DNA of 64,000 nucleotides from Malacoraja senta (Eukaryota), in contig JAXLNO010000473.1 of the NCBI GenBank assembly GCA_038087875.1, positions 1 to 64,000 on the forward strand, in the 5' to 3' direction. Below, one piece after another: positions 12,514 to 25,085 of the stretch (the first letter of the stretch is position 1; every line of letters begins with the position of its first letter). The position numbers were made by a program, and so were the translations under genes. The notes beneath the pieces are model-generated. The model was not told the DNA's origin and made no database searches. It saw only the letters and a program-made list of their open reading frames with translations.

Positions 12514-13494
12514 CAGAGAGAGAGAGAGAGGAGGGAGAGAGGGAGAAAGAAAGGAGAAAGAAGGGATAACGGAGAAAGACAGTGGAGTGACTGGATGGAA
12601 GAGAGAGCAACGCAGAGGGAGAGAAACTGGGTTAGAGGGAGAGGGGCAGCGGGTCAAGACCCACGTGTGTTTCATTGTCAAATATCCCAGACACAATAAT
12701 GACATCCAAACTAGCAGCAGCACCAAACTATGTAAACATAGAGGGGAGGAAGATGATGGAGGGAGAGAGGGAGAGAGGAGGGGAGGCAGTGGAGTGGGTG
12801 GGACGTTGGGGTCCGTGTCCCTGTCTCCTTCGCCCCTCCATCTCTCGTCTCTCTCCCCCGTCTCCGTCACTCTCTCTTTCCCCGTCTCTCTCCCCAGTCT
12901 CCGTCACTCTCTCTTTCCCCTCCCCGCCTCTTTCTCTCTTTGGTCCCCTACCCGTCGCATCTCTCTCTCTCTTTCCCTCCCCGTCTCCCTCTCTCTTCCC
13001 CTCCATTCTCTCTCCCATCCCCTCCCTCTCCACCTCTCTCTCTCTTTCCCTCCCCATCACTCTCTCTCCCTCCATCCCCGGCTCTCTCTCCCTCCCCTAC
13101 CCGTCTCTTTTTATTTCCCCTACCCGTCTCTATCTCTCTCCCTCCCCGACTCTCTATCCCTCTCATCCCCGTCTCTCTCACGCCTCCCCCCTCTCTCTCG
13201 CTCACCTCCCCGTCACTCTTACCTTTCCTCTTTCTCTCTCTCTCTCTTTTCCTCCTTCACGATCTATCTCGCTCTCCCTCCACGTGTCTCTCTCCCCGTA
13301 TCTCTCTCTCCCTCCCGTCTCTCTCCCTCCCTCCCCTCCCCTCCCCTCTCCATCTCCCTCTCCCCTCTTACTCCTCCCCTCAGTGTCACTCTCTCTCACA
13401 TCCCCGTCTCAACTCTTTCACTCCCCTCCCCTCCAATCCTCTCTCTCTCTCATTTTCCCCTCCCCGTCTGTCTTTCCCTCTCCTCGTCACTCAC

Positions 13495-13541
13495 TCTCGC
13501 TCTGCGTCTCGGCGTTTGTCGCAGCAGGAAGGAGGGAGTGT
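13495..13541 (-). other. 47-bp exon-like segment, copy 4 (inverted)
   Basis: Reverse complement of the same segment with intact CAG acceptor and GTGAGT donor. Confidence 0.5.
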
Positions 13542-14226
13542 CTGACAGAAAAAGTCAGAGAGAGAAAGTGATGGGGCGAGAGAGAGAGGGTACAGGGAGA
13601 GAGGTACAGAGAGAAGATAGGGAGGTCTAGAGATGGAGACGGAGGGAGGGTTGGAGAGACGGGAGAGAGAGAGGTGCCAAAGATGGAGACGGAGGGAATG
13701 AGAGACGGGAGAGTGAGAGGGGGAAGTAGAGAGAGACGGGGAGAGAGAGACTGGGAGGGAGAGAGATATACATGGATGGGACGAGCGAGAGAAGAGGAGG
13801 AAGGGAGAGGGGGAAGAGAGGAGAGAGAGATGGGGAGGGAGGGAGAGACGTGGAGAGAGCGAGTGAGTGACGGGGAGAGGGAGGGAGAGACGGGGAGAGG
13901 GAGAGACGGGGAGGAGGAAGTGGAGGAGGGGAGAATGATGGGGAGATCTAGAGGGGGACGGAGGGGGGGGAGAGGGTTGTGGAAGTAATACAACGGAAAC
14001 AGACCCTTCGGTCAATTTGCTCACACTGACCAAAATGCTCCATTTACACTTATCGCACCTGCCCGCGTTTGGCCCATTTCCCTCCAAACCTGTGCTATCC
14101 ATGTACCTGTCCAAACGATGTGATAGTCCCTGTCTCAACCACATCTTTCTCTCTCTCTCTCTCTCTCCCTCTCTCTCTCTCTCTCGTTCTCTCTCTCGCT
14201 CTCCCTCTGTCTCTCGCTCTCTCTCG

Positions 14227-14304
<78 letters not shown>

Positions 14305-14787
14305 GCTCTCTCTCTATCTCTCTCCACTATCTTCCCCACGCTACCCCCTCTCTCCCCATCTCTCTCCCCATCTCTCTCCCCATCGGGTCTGGCAAATCTG
14401 CCACGGATTTAAGGGAGTGCACCTGTAAATGATGGAATTAGGGGAGGGCACCTGTAATTCTACCTTTAAACCTGTCCTATCCATGTACCTAAATGTCTGG
14501 CTAAGTGTATCTGGCCAAATTACACTTAAACGTTGTTTCATTGATGTCCCTCCTCGTTATCTCTTCCTCCATCTCCAGCTCTCTCCCACCCATTCGTCAC
14601 TTTTGCATTCCCCTACCCGTCTCTATCCCTCCCCTCCCCGACTCTCACTCTCCCTCCCTCCCCCTCTCTCTCCCTCGCCACCCAGTCACTCTTACTTTCT
14701 CTCTCCCTCTCCCCTCCCCGTCGCTCTCTATCCCCCTCACCTTCTATATCTCTCTCTCCCTCTATCTGTCTCTCTCCCTCCACGTAA

Positions 14788-15065
14788 AAATAACGAGTAA
14801 GCCATTTAGAACAGAAACGATGAAACACTTTCTCTCACAGAGTGGTGAGTGTGTAATTCTCTGCCTCAGAGGGCGGTGGAGGCAGATTCTCTGGATGCTT
14901 TCATGACAGAGCTAGATTTGGCTTAAAAATAGCGGTCAGGGGATATGGGTAGAAGGCGGCAACGAGGTACTGATTGGGGATGATCAGCCATGATCACCTT
15001 GAATGGCGGTGCTGGCTCGAAGGGCCAAATGGCCTACTCCTGCGCCTTTTGTCTATTGTCTATTA
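14788..15065 (+). mobile_element. CR1 3' end, same family as 43588-44863
   Basis: ITSKPFRTET motif, GATCAGCCATGATC hairpin region and TCTATTGTCTATT tail. Confidence 0.8.
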
Positions 15066-15166
15066 TGTCTCTCTCCGTCTCTCTCTCTGCCTTCCCGTCT
15101 CCCTCTCTCCCTCCCCTCGCCGCCTCTCTCCCTCTCCTCTCTCTCTCCCTCTGCCCACCTTTTTCT

Positions 15167-15254
<88 letters not shown>

Positions 15255-15265
15255 TCGCACTGCCT

Positions 15266-15308
15266 GAGCACCTCTCTCTTTGCCATCGACATGATGAACA
15301 TGCAGAAG
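15266..15308 (+). pseudogene. USP5: 5'-truncated, frameshifted duplicate of the USP5-like exon
   Basis: GAGCACCTCTCTCTTTGCCATCGACATGATGAACATGCAGAAG|GTGTGT: matches the 3' half of 16967-17061 with a 2-bp deletion and similar downstream intron sequence. Confidence 0.7.
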
Positions 15309-16495
15309 GTGTGTGTGTGATGGGGGTGGGGAATGAGTGGTGGGGCTACATGTGGGAGGGGTCACCGACTGTGGGGAGGGGTCACCGACTGTGGGGAGGG
15401 TCTCCGGGGAGAGGGAGAGAGATGGGGAGATGGAGAGAGAGGGAAGGAGAGACGAGAGAGATGGATCCGAGGGATGGAAGGAGGGAAGAGAGAGAGGGGG
15501 GAGTCGAGAGACGGAGAGAGAGAGACTGGAAGAGGGAGAAAGAGACAGAGAGACGGATGGCGAGAGCGAGAGAGAAGGGGAGGGGGAGGGCGTGACTGGG
15601 GAGAGACGGGTAGAGGGAGAGAGAGAAAGACGGGGAGAGGGAGGGAGGACCGCGGAGGGGGAAGAGGGCGAGGGGAGAGTGATGGGGAGGTCGAGAGCGT
15701 GACGGATGAAGGGGAGAGGGGTGTAGATCTAACACAACATGGACTTGCCCAGACTGACCAACATCTACACTTATTCCACCTGCCCGCGTTTGGCCCATAT
15801 CCCTCTAAACCTGTCCCATCCCTGTACCTGTCCCATCCCTTAACCTGTCCAGACGTTGTGAAATCATTGCCTCAACTACATCTTCCGGCAGCTGATCCAT
15901 ACAACCCACCACCCTCTGTGTGGAAACGTAGGAACCCTCAGGTTCCTATTAAATCTTTTACCCTTCCTCTTGAACCTATATCCTCTGGATAGGGAGAGAG
16001 AGGTGGCGGGGTGATGTGAGAGTTGGAGGCAGGTCGCCGGGAGAAAGTACAAACTCTGTACACACCCCGCCCGTGGTCAGGATCGAACTCGAGTCTCCGG
16101 CGCTGTGAGGCAGCAAATTTACCACTTGGATTTAAGGGAGGGCACCTGTAAATGAGGGAATAAGGGGAGGGCACCTGTAAATATACCTTTAAACATATCC
16201 TATCCGTGTACCTGGCTAAATGTCTGGCCAAATGTATCGGGCTAAATGTCAAACGTTTCTTTGATGTCTCCCCTCTTTCGAAACTCCAGTGGGTACAGGC
16301 CCAGTGCCGACAAAAAATGTCTTAACCTGGCCACGACAAAACTTGGCTTAACATAGATAAACACAATGATGGAACAACTCAACGGGACAGGCAGCATTTC
16401 TTGAGAGAAAAATGGGACGGTTCGGGTCGAGACCCCTCTTCTAACGTCTGCCCACCTCTCTCCCTCCCCTCACAGTCCCTTCCCGTCTCTCTCTC

Positions 16496-16640
<145 letters not shown>

Positions 16641-16966
16641 TTACCACATCTCTCCCCATGTCTCTCCCCATCGGGTATCTGGCGCTGTGAGGCAGCAACT
16701 ACCACATGGAGTTAAGGGAGGGCACCTGTAAATGAGAGAATTAGGGGAGGGCACCTGTAATTATACCTTTAAACCTGTCCTATCCATGTACCTGTCTAAA
16801 TGTCTGGCCAAATGTATCTGGCCAAATGACTTTTAACGTTGTTTCATTGACCTCCTCGTTCTTCTACCTTCTGTACCCGTCTCTTTCTCCTTCCCTACCC
16901 CTCGGCCACAACTGGAGGGAGGGAGTGTCTGACACCCCCGTCTCACCCCCCCCCCTCCCCGTCTGG

Positions 16967-17061
16967 AGGTGTACACGTACGAAGAGGACGAGATGGTATT
17001 GGATCCCGGACTGGCCGAGCACCTCTCTCACTTTGGCATCGACATGATGAACATGCAGAAG
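16967..17061 (+). pseudogene. USP5: Orphan exon of ubiquitin-specific peptidase 5 (end of the ZnF-UBP region)
   Basis: Encodes VYTYEEDEMVLDPGLAEHLSHFGIDMMNMQK, matching my recollection of vertebrate USP5 VYSYDEDDMVLDPSLAEHLSHFGIDMLKMQK. Preceded by a pyrimidine tract and followed by a GT donor at 17062. No other USP5 exon recognised in the window. Confidence 0.8.
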
Positions 17062-17949
17062 GTGTGTGTGCGTGATGGGGTGGGAATTGAGTGGTGCGGC
17101 TGCATGTGGGAGGGGTCACCGACCGTGGGGAGGGTCTCGGGGGCAGAGGGAGAGAGACGGGGAGGGACGGAGGGAGAGAGAGTGACGGAGGGAGAGAGAA
17201 TGAGGGGGAAGTAGAGAGAGACGGGGAGAGAGAGGCGAGGAGAGGGCGACGGGGTGAGGAACAGAGAAAGAAATGGGGTTGGAGAGAGATAGATGGAGAG
17301 AGAGGAGAGAGAAAGAAGGGGGAGGGAGGGAGAGAAAGGGAGAGAGAAAGAGTGAGAGGGCGAGAGGGAGGGAGAGACGGGAAGGGGGAAGAGTGTGAGA
17401 GGAGAGTGATGGGGAGCGAGAAAGTGACAGAGGGAGGGGGAGAGGGGTGGGGATGTAACACAACATGGAAACTGGTCCTTGCCCAGACTGACCAACATGC
17501 CCCATCCACACTTATTCCACCTGCCCGCGTTAGGCCCATATCCCTCTAAACCTGTCCTATCCCTGTACCTGTCCAGACGTTGTGATAATCCCTGCCTCAA
17601 CTACATCTTCCGGCAGCTGGTCCATACAACCCACCACCCTCTGTGTGGAAAATTTACCCCCTGAGGTTCCTATTAAATATTTTCCCCTTCACCTTGAATC
17701 TATATCCTCTAGATAGGGAGAGAGAGGAGGGGGCGGGGAGAGTTGGGGGCACCGTGCCGGCCCGAGGCAGGTCGCGTGGAAAAAGTGCAAAACCTGTACA
17801 GATCCCGCCCGTGGTCAGGAGGAGGGCACCTGTAAATATACCTTTAAACATGTCCTATCCGTGTACCTGTCTAAATGTCTGGCCAAATGACAAACGTTTC
17901 ATTGAGGTCCGCCCTCGTTCTTCTAAACCCCAGTGGCGACGAACGGTCA

Positions 17950-17960
17950 TCATCTCTCTC

Positions 17961-17994
<34 letters not shown>

Positions 17995-18120
17995 CCTCTC
18001 TCTCTCATCCTCTCTCTCTCTCACCCTCTCTCTCTCCCCGTCTCTCTCTCCATCTCCCTCACCGTCTCTCTCCCTCCTCAACCCTCGCTCTCCCTCCACA
18101 TCTCTCTCCCTTCTTCCCTG

Positions 18121-18188
<68 letters not shown>

Positions 18189-19131
18189 CCGCTCTCTCTC
18201 CGTCTCTCGCTGTCAATCCATCCCTCTCTCCCCTCTCGCTCTCTCTCCCTCCCCTCCCCACCTCTCACTACCTCCCCCACCCGTGTCTCTCTCTCTCTCT
18301 CTCCCCGTCTCATTCTTTCTTGCCCCTATCTATATCCACCACCGTGCCTCTCTCCTTCAGCGTCTCTCTCTCCCCACCCGTCTTTCTCCCTCACCTCCCC
18401 ATCTCTCTCTCTCCCTACCCATCGCTCTCTCCCTTATCTCCCCGCCCCTCTCTCTCCCTCCCCGTCTTTCTCCCTCACCTCCGCACCTCTCTCTCTCTCC
18501 CTACCCAAATCCCTCTCTCCCTCCCCGTTTCTCTCTCTCCCTCCCCGTCTCTCTTTCCCTTTCCTACCTGTGTCTCTCTACCTCCTCTACCCGTCTCTCT
18601 CCCCGCCTATCTCTCCCTCCCCTCCCCGTCTCTCTGTCTTCCTCTCCTCCCCGTTTCTCTCTCTCTCTCTACCCCCACCCGTCTCCCTCCCTTTCCCGTC
18701 TCTCGCACTATCTCTCCCTTCCCTCCCAGTCTCTCTCTCCTCCACTCCATCCGCATCTCTCTCTCTCCCTACCCGTCTTTCTCTCCCTCCACGTCTCTCT
18801 CCCTCCCCTCTCCTCATCACTCTCTCTTCGTCTCATTCTCTCTTCCTCCCCCTCTATCTCTCTCCCTCCCCGCCTATCTCTCTCCCTCCCCTCCCAGTCT
18901 CTCTCTCGCTCCCCTCCCCGTCTCTCTCTCTCTCTCTCTCTCCCTCTCTCCCTCTCTCCATCTCTCTCTCTGTTCCAGTCCCTCTCCCTCCGCCCCTCCC
19001 TCCCCATCTCTTTCTCTTACCCTACCCGTCGCTCTCTCCCGTCCCTTCCCTGCCCCGCTCTCTCCCACACCTCTTCCTCCCTCACCTCCACATCTCTCTC
19101 TCTCCCTCCCCGTCCCCCCCTCGCCCTCCAC

Positions 19132-19186
<55 letters not shown>

Positions 19187-19787
19187 CGTCTCTCTCTCCC
19201 TTCCTCCGCGTCTCCCTCTTTCCCTTCCCGTCTCTCTCTCTACCTTCCTCTGCATGTCTCTCTCCCTTCACTACCTGTCTCTCTCTCCATCTCTCCCTAC
19301 CCGTCTCTTTCTCTCTCCGTCCCCGTCTCTCTCTCCCTCCACGTCTCTCTCCCTCTCTCCCTCCCCTCCCCGCTTCTCTCTCTCTCCCTCTCCGTCTCAT
19401 TCTCTCTCCCTACCCGTCACTCTTACTCTCCATCTCCCCGTCTCTCTCCCGCTCTCCCTCTCTCCTTGTCTCCCGCCTCTCGCTCTCTCCCTTCCCACCC
19501 CGTCTCCCTCCACCTCCCGTACCCGTCACTCTCACTCTCCCCGTCTCTCTGTATCTCGCTCTCTCCCTCCCCGTCTTATTCTCTCTTACCCTCTCGATCT
19601 CTCCCCCCTCCCCGTTGCTCTCTCTCCCTCAGCGTCTCTCTCTATCCCTCCTCGTCTCACTCGCCCCCTCCCTTCTACGCCTCTCTCTCTCCTCCCTTCC
19701 CCTCTTCTGCCGGTCCCTCTCTCTCTCTCTGTCCGTGTCACTCTCCCTCTCCCTCTCCTTCTCTCTCTCTCTTTCTTTCCCTCTCCC
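17950..19787. repeat. About 1.8-kb degenerate (CT)n polypyrimidine tract
   Basis: Nearly continuous C/T on the + strand. Confidence 0.95.
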
Positions 19788-19838
19788 TGTAGATTAGTGA
19801 CTCATCTCCTTCTCTCTCTCTCTTTCTTTCCCTCTCCC

Positions 19839-20032
19839 TGTAGATTAGTGACTCATGTTATGAGTCATGCATCTGTAGTTACGCCCAATAGCTTTTCAGT
19901 TTTAGGAATGCTTGCTGCATTCCTCTAGTATAGGTGGAACGCACAAGAGAGAGATTGTGGTTGCTATGTACTTATCCTTTGAATCCTTATCATGGTGTAA
20001 GGCTACTCTTATTATAAATACATCAATCTACA
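19839..20032 (+). repeat. Gypsy 5' LTR (194 bp)
   Basis: Terminal inverted repeat TGTAGATT...AATCTACA, immediately followed by the PBS. Confidence 0.85.
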
Positions 20033-20045
20033 TGGTGTCAGAGTG
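20033..20045 (+). promoter_or_regulatory. Primer-binding site TGGTGTCAGAGTG (probably tRNA-Leu type)
   Basis: Begins with TGG directly after the LTR's CA; resembles the TGGTGTCAGAAGT PBS common in fish Gypsy elements. Confidence 0.75.
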
Positions 20046-20112
20046 TACGGACTTACTCCTCAATTGATTCTATTGTTTTTTATCTTGGTTTGTTATTTTT
20101 CTACTGTGGATA

Positions 20113-20890
20113 ATGGCTTCTGCTCTGAGGAAGCCAGGCATCTTGGTGTTCGATGCAGATCTTGCAGAGCGATGGCGTGTGTTTGAAGAGGATTTTTCAA
20201 TCTACGTTGAGGCTGCATTTCCTGCTGCTGATCCTGCTCTTCGTGCATTAATTCTTCTCAATTTGGCAGGCACTGAGGCTGTTCGGCACGCCAGAATGTT
20301 TCATCATGCACTGGCTAGAGTTGATGCTAACGGTGATCAAATTGCCGCGGAGTCTCGCCGTGATCCTGAATGTCTCCTACGTAAATTCTGACAATTATGT
20401 GAGTGACAAATTAATGTAAGCATGGAACGCCATAATTTTTTTCAATGTGTCAAAAACAAGGAGAACCTGTTAAACCACTTGTTAATGCACTGAAGCATGT
20501 CGCTAGTCGATGCGATTTCAGAGAGATTCAATATAGTCTTGTACGGGACCGCTTAATCCATGGCATATTGAATGATGAATTACGCGATGAATTACTGCAG
20601 GAAGTTGACCTGACTTTAGCGACTGTTGAAAACCGCTGACGCATAGCTGAACTGACTAATGCTCACATTCAATCTCTTGGACACTCTGCTGCTCGTTAAG
20701 TTAATGCGGCCAGCTTGTCTTATCAAACACCTGCTCGCTCGTCACAGGGGCCAGCTAATAACCTAAGATTGATCGCTAATTGTTTTAACTATGGGGGTTC
20801 ACATATTGCAGTTCGCGACCGGTGCCCTGCGTATGGAAAACTGTCGATTCTGCAATAAAAGAAACAATTTCGTCAAATGCTGTCGTTCAC
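20113..20890 (+). pseudogene. gag: Gypsy gag, disrupted
   Basis: WRVFEEDF, QKQGEPV, VRDRLIHGI motifs and degenerate zinc knuckles (CFNYGGSH...CPAYGK...CRFCNKRN) at about 20781-20885. Confidence 0.8.
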
Positions 20891-21059
20891 GCAGTGACAG
20901 ATTTCAAATGAGAGTGTGTCAACTCGCCAAACCATAATGAATATTCAAACTCCCAGTTCGCTCACCTAGTTCCCATGGATGTACAAACAGATGGCGATAG
21001 TGCAGAGATTGATGTAAATGCGTTGTCTAATTCAGTGCAAAGCCGGCTAGATCCCAAAG

Positions 21060-22905
21060 TTGCATTGCTTATTAAAGGCAGAACCGTTTATCTCAAGATC
21101 GACGGGGGCGCGCTGCAATGTAATCTCTTTGGCTGTCTTCCAGATGCTGAAAAACACAGAAACTTTAACTCATACAATTGCATCACTTGTCTCATTTGAT
21201 GGTTCTCGACTACACCCTATCGGCCAAGTAGAGTTACGTAGCTGTCACAACTCACGTGACCACATCTTGGATTTCTACGTGGTACGCGAGAAGGTTCCAT
21301 CCATACTGGGTGCCGATGCATGCCTAGACATGAGTTTGGTTTCTTTCAGCCCTTCTGTCTGTCCACTGTCTACAGACTATGATTTTACACATCAAATTCT
21401 ATCACTATACAAGGATTTGTTTAATGATAAGCTGGGCAAGTTGCCTGTTAGATACACGATTACTATTGACCCTGAGGCAATCCCATTTGTTCGTCCGGCT
21501 CACAAGATTCCCCACGCTATGCGGGATCGCGTTCAAAGTGAACTTAACAGAATGGTGACTCTGGGTGATGATTACTCCCGTAACTGACCCCTCGAACTGG
21601 GACTCCACAATGGTTGTCGCTTCTAAGAATAACAGAGATGAGATACGGATCTGTATCAACCCCAAGGACCTAAATACAGTAATTAAACGGCGCGTTACCC
21701 TATGTGCTCTGTGGACGAGATTGCGGCGCAGATGGCTGAAGCAACGTATTCACAGTGCAAGATGCCAAGAGCTCATTCTGGCAGATTCCACTGGAACATA
21801 ACTCCTCCAAGTTGACAAATTTCAGTACTCCGTTCGGACGTCATAAATTTCTGATGATGCCTTTTGGTATAAGTTCTGCCAGTGAAGTATTTCAACAATC
21901 CATGGAACATTGTTTGTAGGATACCCATGCTCCATCGGAGTGGACGATATCCTCATTGCTGGGAAACCGGTCAAGGAGCACGATGCCAATCTGACAAAAG
22001 TATTGAGGCGTGCAGAGGCCATCCATCTCAAGCTCAATCCTAAAAAATGCAAATTCAGTGTGAATAAGGTAAAATACTTAGGCCATATATTTACCAAAGA
22101 CGGCCTAAAAACGGATCCAGCGAAAACCAGTGCTATTAATGAGCTTCCAGCACCCACAGATGTGCTCAGTTTACAGAGGTCCCTTGGCATGGCTAACTAT
22201 TTGAGAAAATTCATTCCAGATTTCAGCGAAATATCAGCCCCATTGCGCCATCTCACACACAAAAACTCTGCTTAAACCTGGCATAAGCAACAACAGACAG
22301 CATTTGACACTCTTAAACGGCAGATGTCGGCCACCCCTACTCTAGCGGACTTTGATCCTAGACTGCCTATTAATGCCATGTGCCATGTGCCGCCTCACAA
22401 CAAGGGCTGTGCGCTGCATGCCTTCAGAATGATGGCCATGGCAATAAACCTGTCCCCTATGCCTCGCGTACCATGTCTGACACAGAACAACGATACACCC
22501 AAATCGAAAAAGAGCTGTTTGCGGTTGTGTTCGCCTGCAAAATGTTCAACGATTTCATCGTTGGTCGCACTATTACAATTAAAACCGACCACCAACCTCT
22601 TATCAGCTTTTTCAATAAACCTATTCATAACTCCCCAGCGCGCCCACATCGGATGTTACTACAACTTCAAAAATATGACATCGTCCTGACCTACAAACGT
22701 GGAATGGATATGCACCTGGCGGACACTCTTCCACATGCATCTCGGACGACCTGCGAGGATCTGCCCTCGCAAGATGATAACTTTAACGTGATGACTGTAT
22801 CCTTCATCCCTTCATCTTGGATGGAGGACCTGGTTGCCCAGACTGCAAGCGACAAGACCCTACGGTCGCTAACTTCTGTCATTAAGCACGGCTGGCCAGA
22901 TGATA
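21060..22905 (+). pseudogene. pol: Gypsy pol: protease, RT and RNase H, frameshifted
   Basis: KID/TGARCNVI, ILGADAC, IRICINPKDLN, VDDILI, VKYLGHIF, PYASRTMSDTEQRYTQIEKELFAVVFAC, TDHQPL, HLADTL. Confidence 0.9.
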
Positions 22906-23220
22906 CCCAGATGTGGCGCCGACAGACAAGACCCTTACGGTCGCTAACTTCTGTCATTAAGCACGGCTGGCCAGATGATACCCAGACGTGGCGCCGACTG
23001 ACAAGACCCTACGGTCGCTAACTTCTGTCATTAAGCACATCTGGCCAGATGATACCAGACGTGGCGCCGACAGACAAGACCCTACGGTCGCTAACTTCTG
23101 TCATTAAGCACGGCTGGCCAGATGATACCCAGACGTGGCGCCGACAGACAAGACCCTACGATCGCTAACTTCTGTCATTAAGCATGGCTGGCCAGATGAT
23201 ACTCAGACGTGGCGCCGACA
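22851..23220 (+). repeat. Five tandem copies of a 73-75-bp unit at the pol/insert junction
   Basis: Units start at 22851, 22925, 23000, 23073 and 23147 (GACAAGACCC...GTGGCGCCGAC). Confidence 0.95.
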
Positions 23221-24059
23221 GACAAGAAGCCGAAGCAAAGAAGTCGAAGCCAAAGAACTGAATGGAAACGAGGCCGAAACGTCAACAAACCGAAAGAACC
23301 CGAAGACGAAACGCCTACTAACCGAAAGGACGGGACGCCTAAATGCAAACTAACCGAAAAGGCGGGACGGCTAAAAGCCAACGAACCGAAAAGCTGCGTC
23401 GCCTAAAAGCAAACTTACCGAATGGCCGCTCTGACAAAACGCCACCTACCCGAAAGGCGGCGTCGCCAACAAGCCTAAGGACCGACTGCCGCTCAACAGA
23501 AAAGTCCAATAACGGACATGACGTTGCCGGGGGCGGGACTTGTCAGCGATTTGTCCAGACCCCCGCGTCCATCACATCACTGTGAAGGCATGAACATTGT
23601 CCCAAACCTCCGCTCCACCCGACCCGCAGCCCACGGAGCGTGGCCGTGGGAGAGTGGCGGCTGTTCCGAGGATTGCACACATTCGGCCGCTTTCAACTTG
23701 GTGCTTGGGTTCAGATTGCCCAGTCACCTATGGCTTGTGTGGGAAAATGACCCCGCGCTCCCGTCTCCCCTCTCTCCACCTCTTCTCTCTCTCCCTTCTC
23801 TCTCTCCCTTCTCTCTCTCCCTTCTCCCTCCTCCTCTCTCTAACCCTCTTCTCTCTCCTCTCTCTCTCCTCTTCTCTCTCTACTCTTCTCTCTCTCTTCT
23901 GTCTCCTCCCGCGGGAGCGTCCCACTGTCACTGACCGCGAGGCACCGCCATCGGACCCCAACCCCCACACCAGGGTGATTCACCCCCCCCTCGGGGACAG
24001 ACGTTTATTTACTACCGTCTCGGTGTTTGCGGAACGCATCCAAGCTCCCACGCACAAAA

Positions 24060-24158
24060 CAGGCAGCATCTCTGGAGAGAAGGAATGAGTGGCGTTTCGT
24101 GCCGAAACCATTCTTCAGAGTGCGTCTGAAAGGTTTCGACCCGAAACGCCATGTTCCT
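24060..24158. mobile_element. Back-to-back inverted pair of hammerhead-motif short repeats
   Basis: ...GGCGTTTCGTGCCGAAACCATTCTTCAGA gtgcg TCTGAAAGGTTTCGACCCGAAACGCC... Confidence 0.55.
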
Positions 24159-24196
24159 GTTTCCCTGCAACACCGTTAATTTGACGCTGCCCGTGT

Positions 24197-25085
24197 AGGA
24201 CACCCAGGTGATGAAGCCACTGTTTCACGGGCGAAAAGCATGTTTTACTGGCCTGGCATGGCCGAATACATCAACGATAATGTGGCAGCTTATGCTGTGT
24301 GCAATAGCCTGGCGCCTCATCAACAAAAGCAACCATTTCTGCCACATCCTGTCTCTGCGCTCCCATGGTCGACAGTGGCAGCTGATTTATTTGAATGGCA
24401 CGGCAAGCAGTACCTGGTGCTCGTGGATTCGTATTCAGGATGGTTCGACATTGATTTTCTCAGCAGCCCCACTACCAGTGGTGTGATTTCGAAATTATCT
24501 CGTCATTTTTCCATCCACAGATCTCCAGGCAAGTTGCTGACTGACAATGGCAGTCAGTTTACCACCCAACAATTCAGCGAGTTTGCCAGACGCTGGAATT
24601 TTCACCGCATCACCAGAAGCCCTGAATATCCACAGTCTAACGGGCTGGCTGAACGGGCTGTCAGAAGTGCAAATCAACTTATTGAACGCTCTCATATTCG
24701 CTCTGACGTCTTCCTGGATTTACTCAACTTACGCAACATTTCCCGTGATCCTGCCCTGGGTTCATCCACTCAACGATTATTGTAGAGGCAGGCCGGACCA
24801 CGCTGCCGTAGCGGAGCACTCATTAACCCCACATGTGTTTCCGCCAAAGGAGGTTCAATCCAGGGTTGCAGCAAATGCGTGACATTCAAAAGAAATGGTT
24901 CGACAAGACGAGTAAGTCACTGCCACCATTGACCAAAGGACAGGTGGTCCTCTTACAGACTGACAAAGGCCATGACCGTATGTGGGTGGTTTCTGGTCCC
25001 GCTTCGGAGCCACGCTGGTACATTGTTAGAGCCGATGGCGGCACCTACCGACGCAACAGACAGCATCTTCTGCCTGTGAACGAGT
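24197..25085 (+). pseudogene. pol: Gypsy integrase
   Basis: GHPG...MFYWPGM...CNS zinc-binding region, ADLFE, LTDNGSQF, SPEYPQSNGLAERAV and C-terminal YRRNRQHL. Confidence 0.92.

Noticed and set aside
12650..12740. Unique-looking block (SNIPDTIMTSKLAAAP), also inverted at about 3555-3630, as a possible exon
   Set aside because: It resembles a decayed Rex1-type 3' UTR (compare TTTATTGTCATGTGTC...CAATGAAATTC...CAGCACAACAG at 11356-11415) and lacks convincing splice sites.
16917..16933. 17-bp match (GGAGGGAGTGTCTGACA) between the USP5 upstream flank and the reverse strand of the 47-bp segment's acceptor
   Set aside because: Too short and partly low-complexity to show a shared origin, though it may mark a rearrangement junction.
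17643..19928. Long ORFs (761, 640 and 619 aa) and similar S/L/P-rich or E/R/G-rich ORFs in 170-19928
   Set aside because: CT/GA tracts lack stop codons in several frames at once; no domain motifs are present.
22912..22930. TGGCGCCGACA as a tRNA-Lys primer-binding site
   Set aside because: Only the first few bases match and no LTR precedes it.
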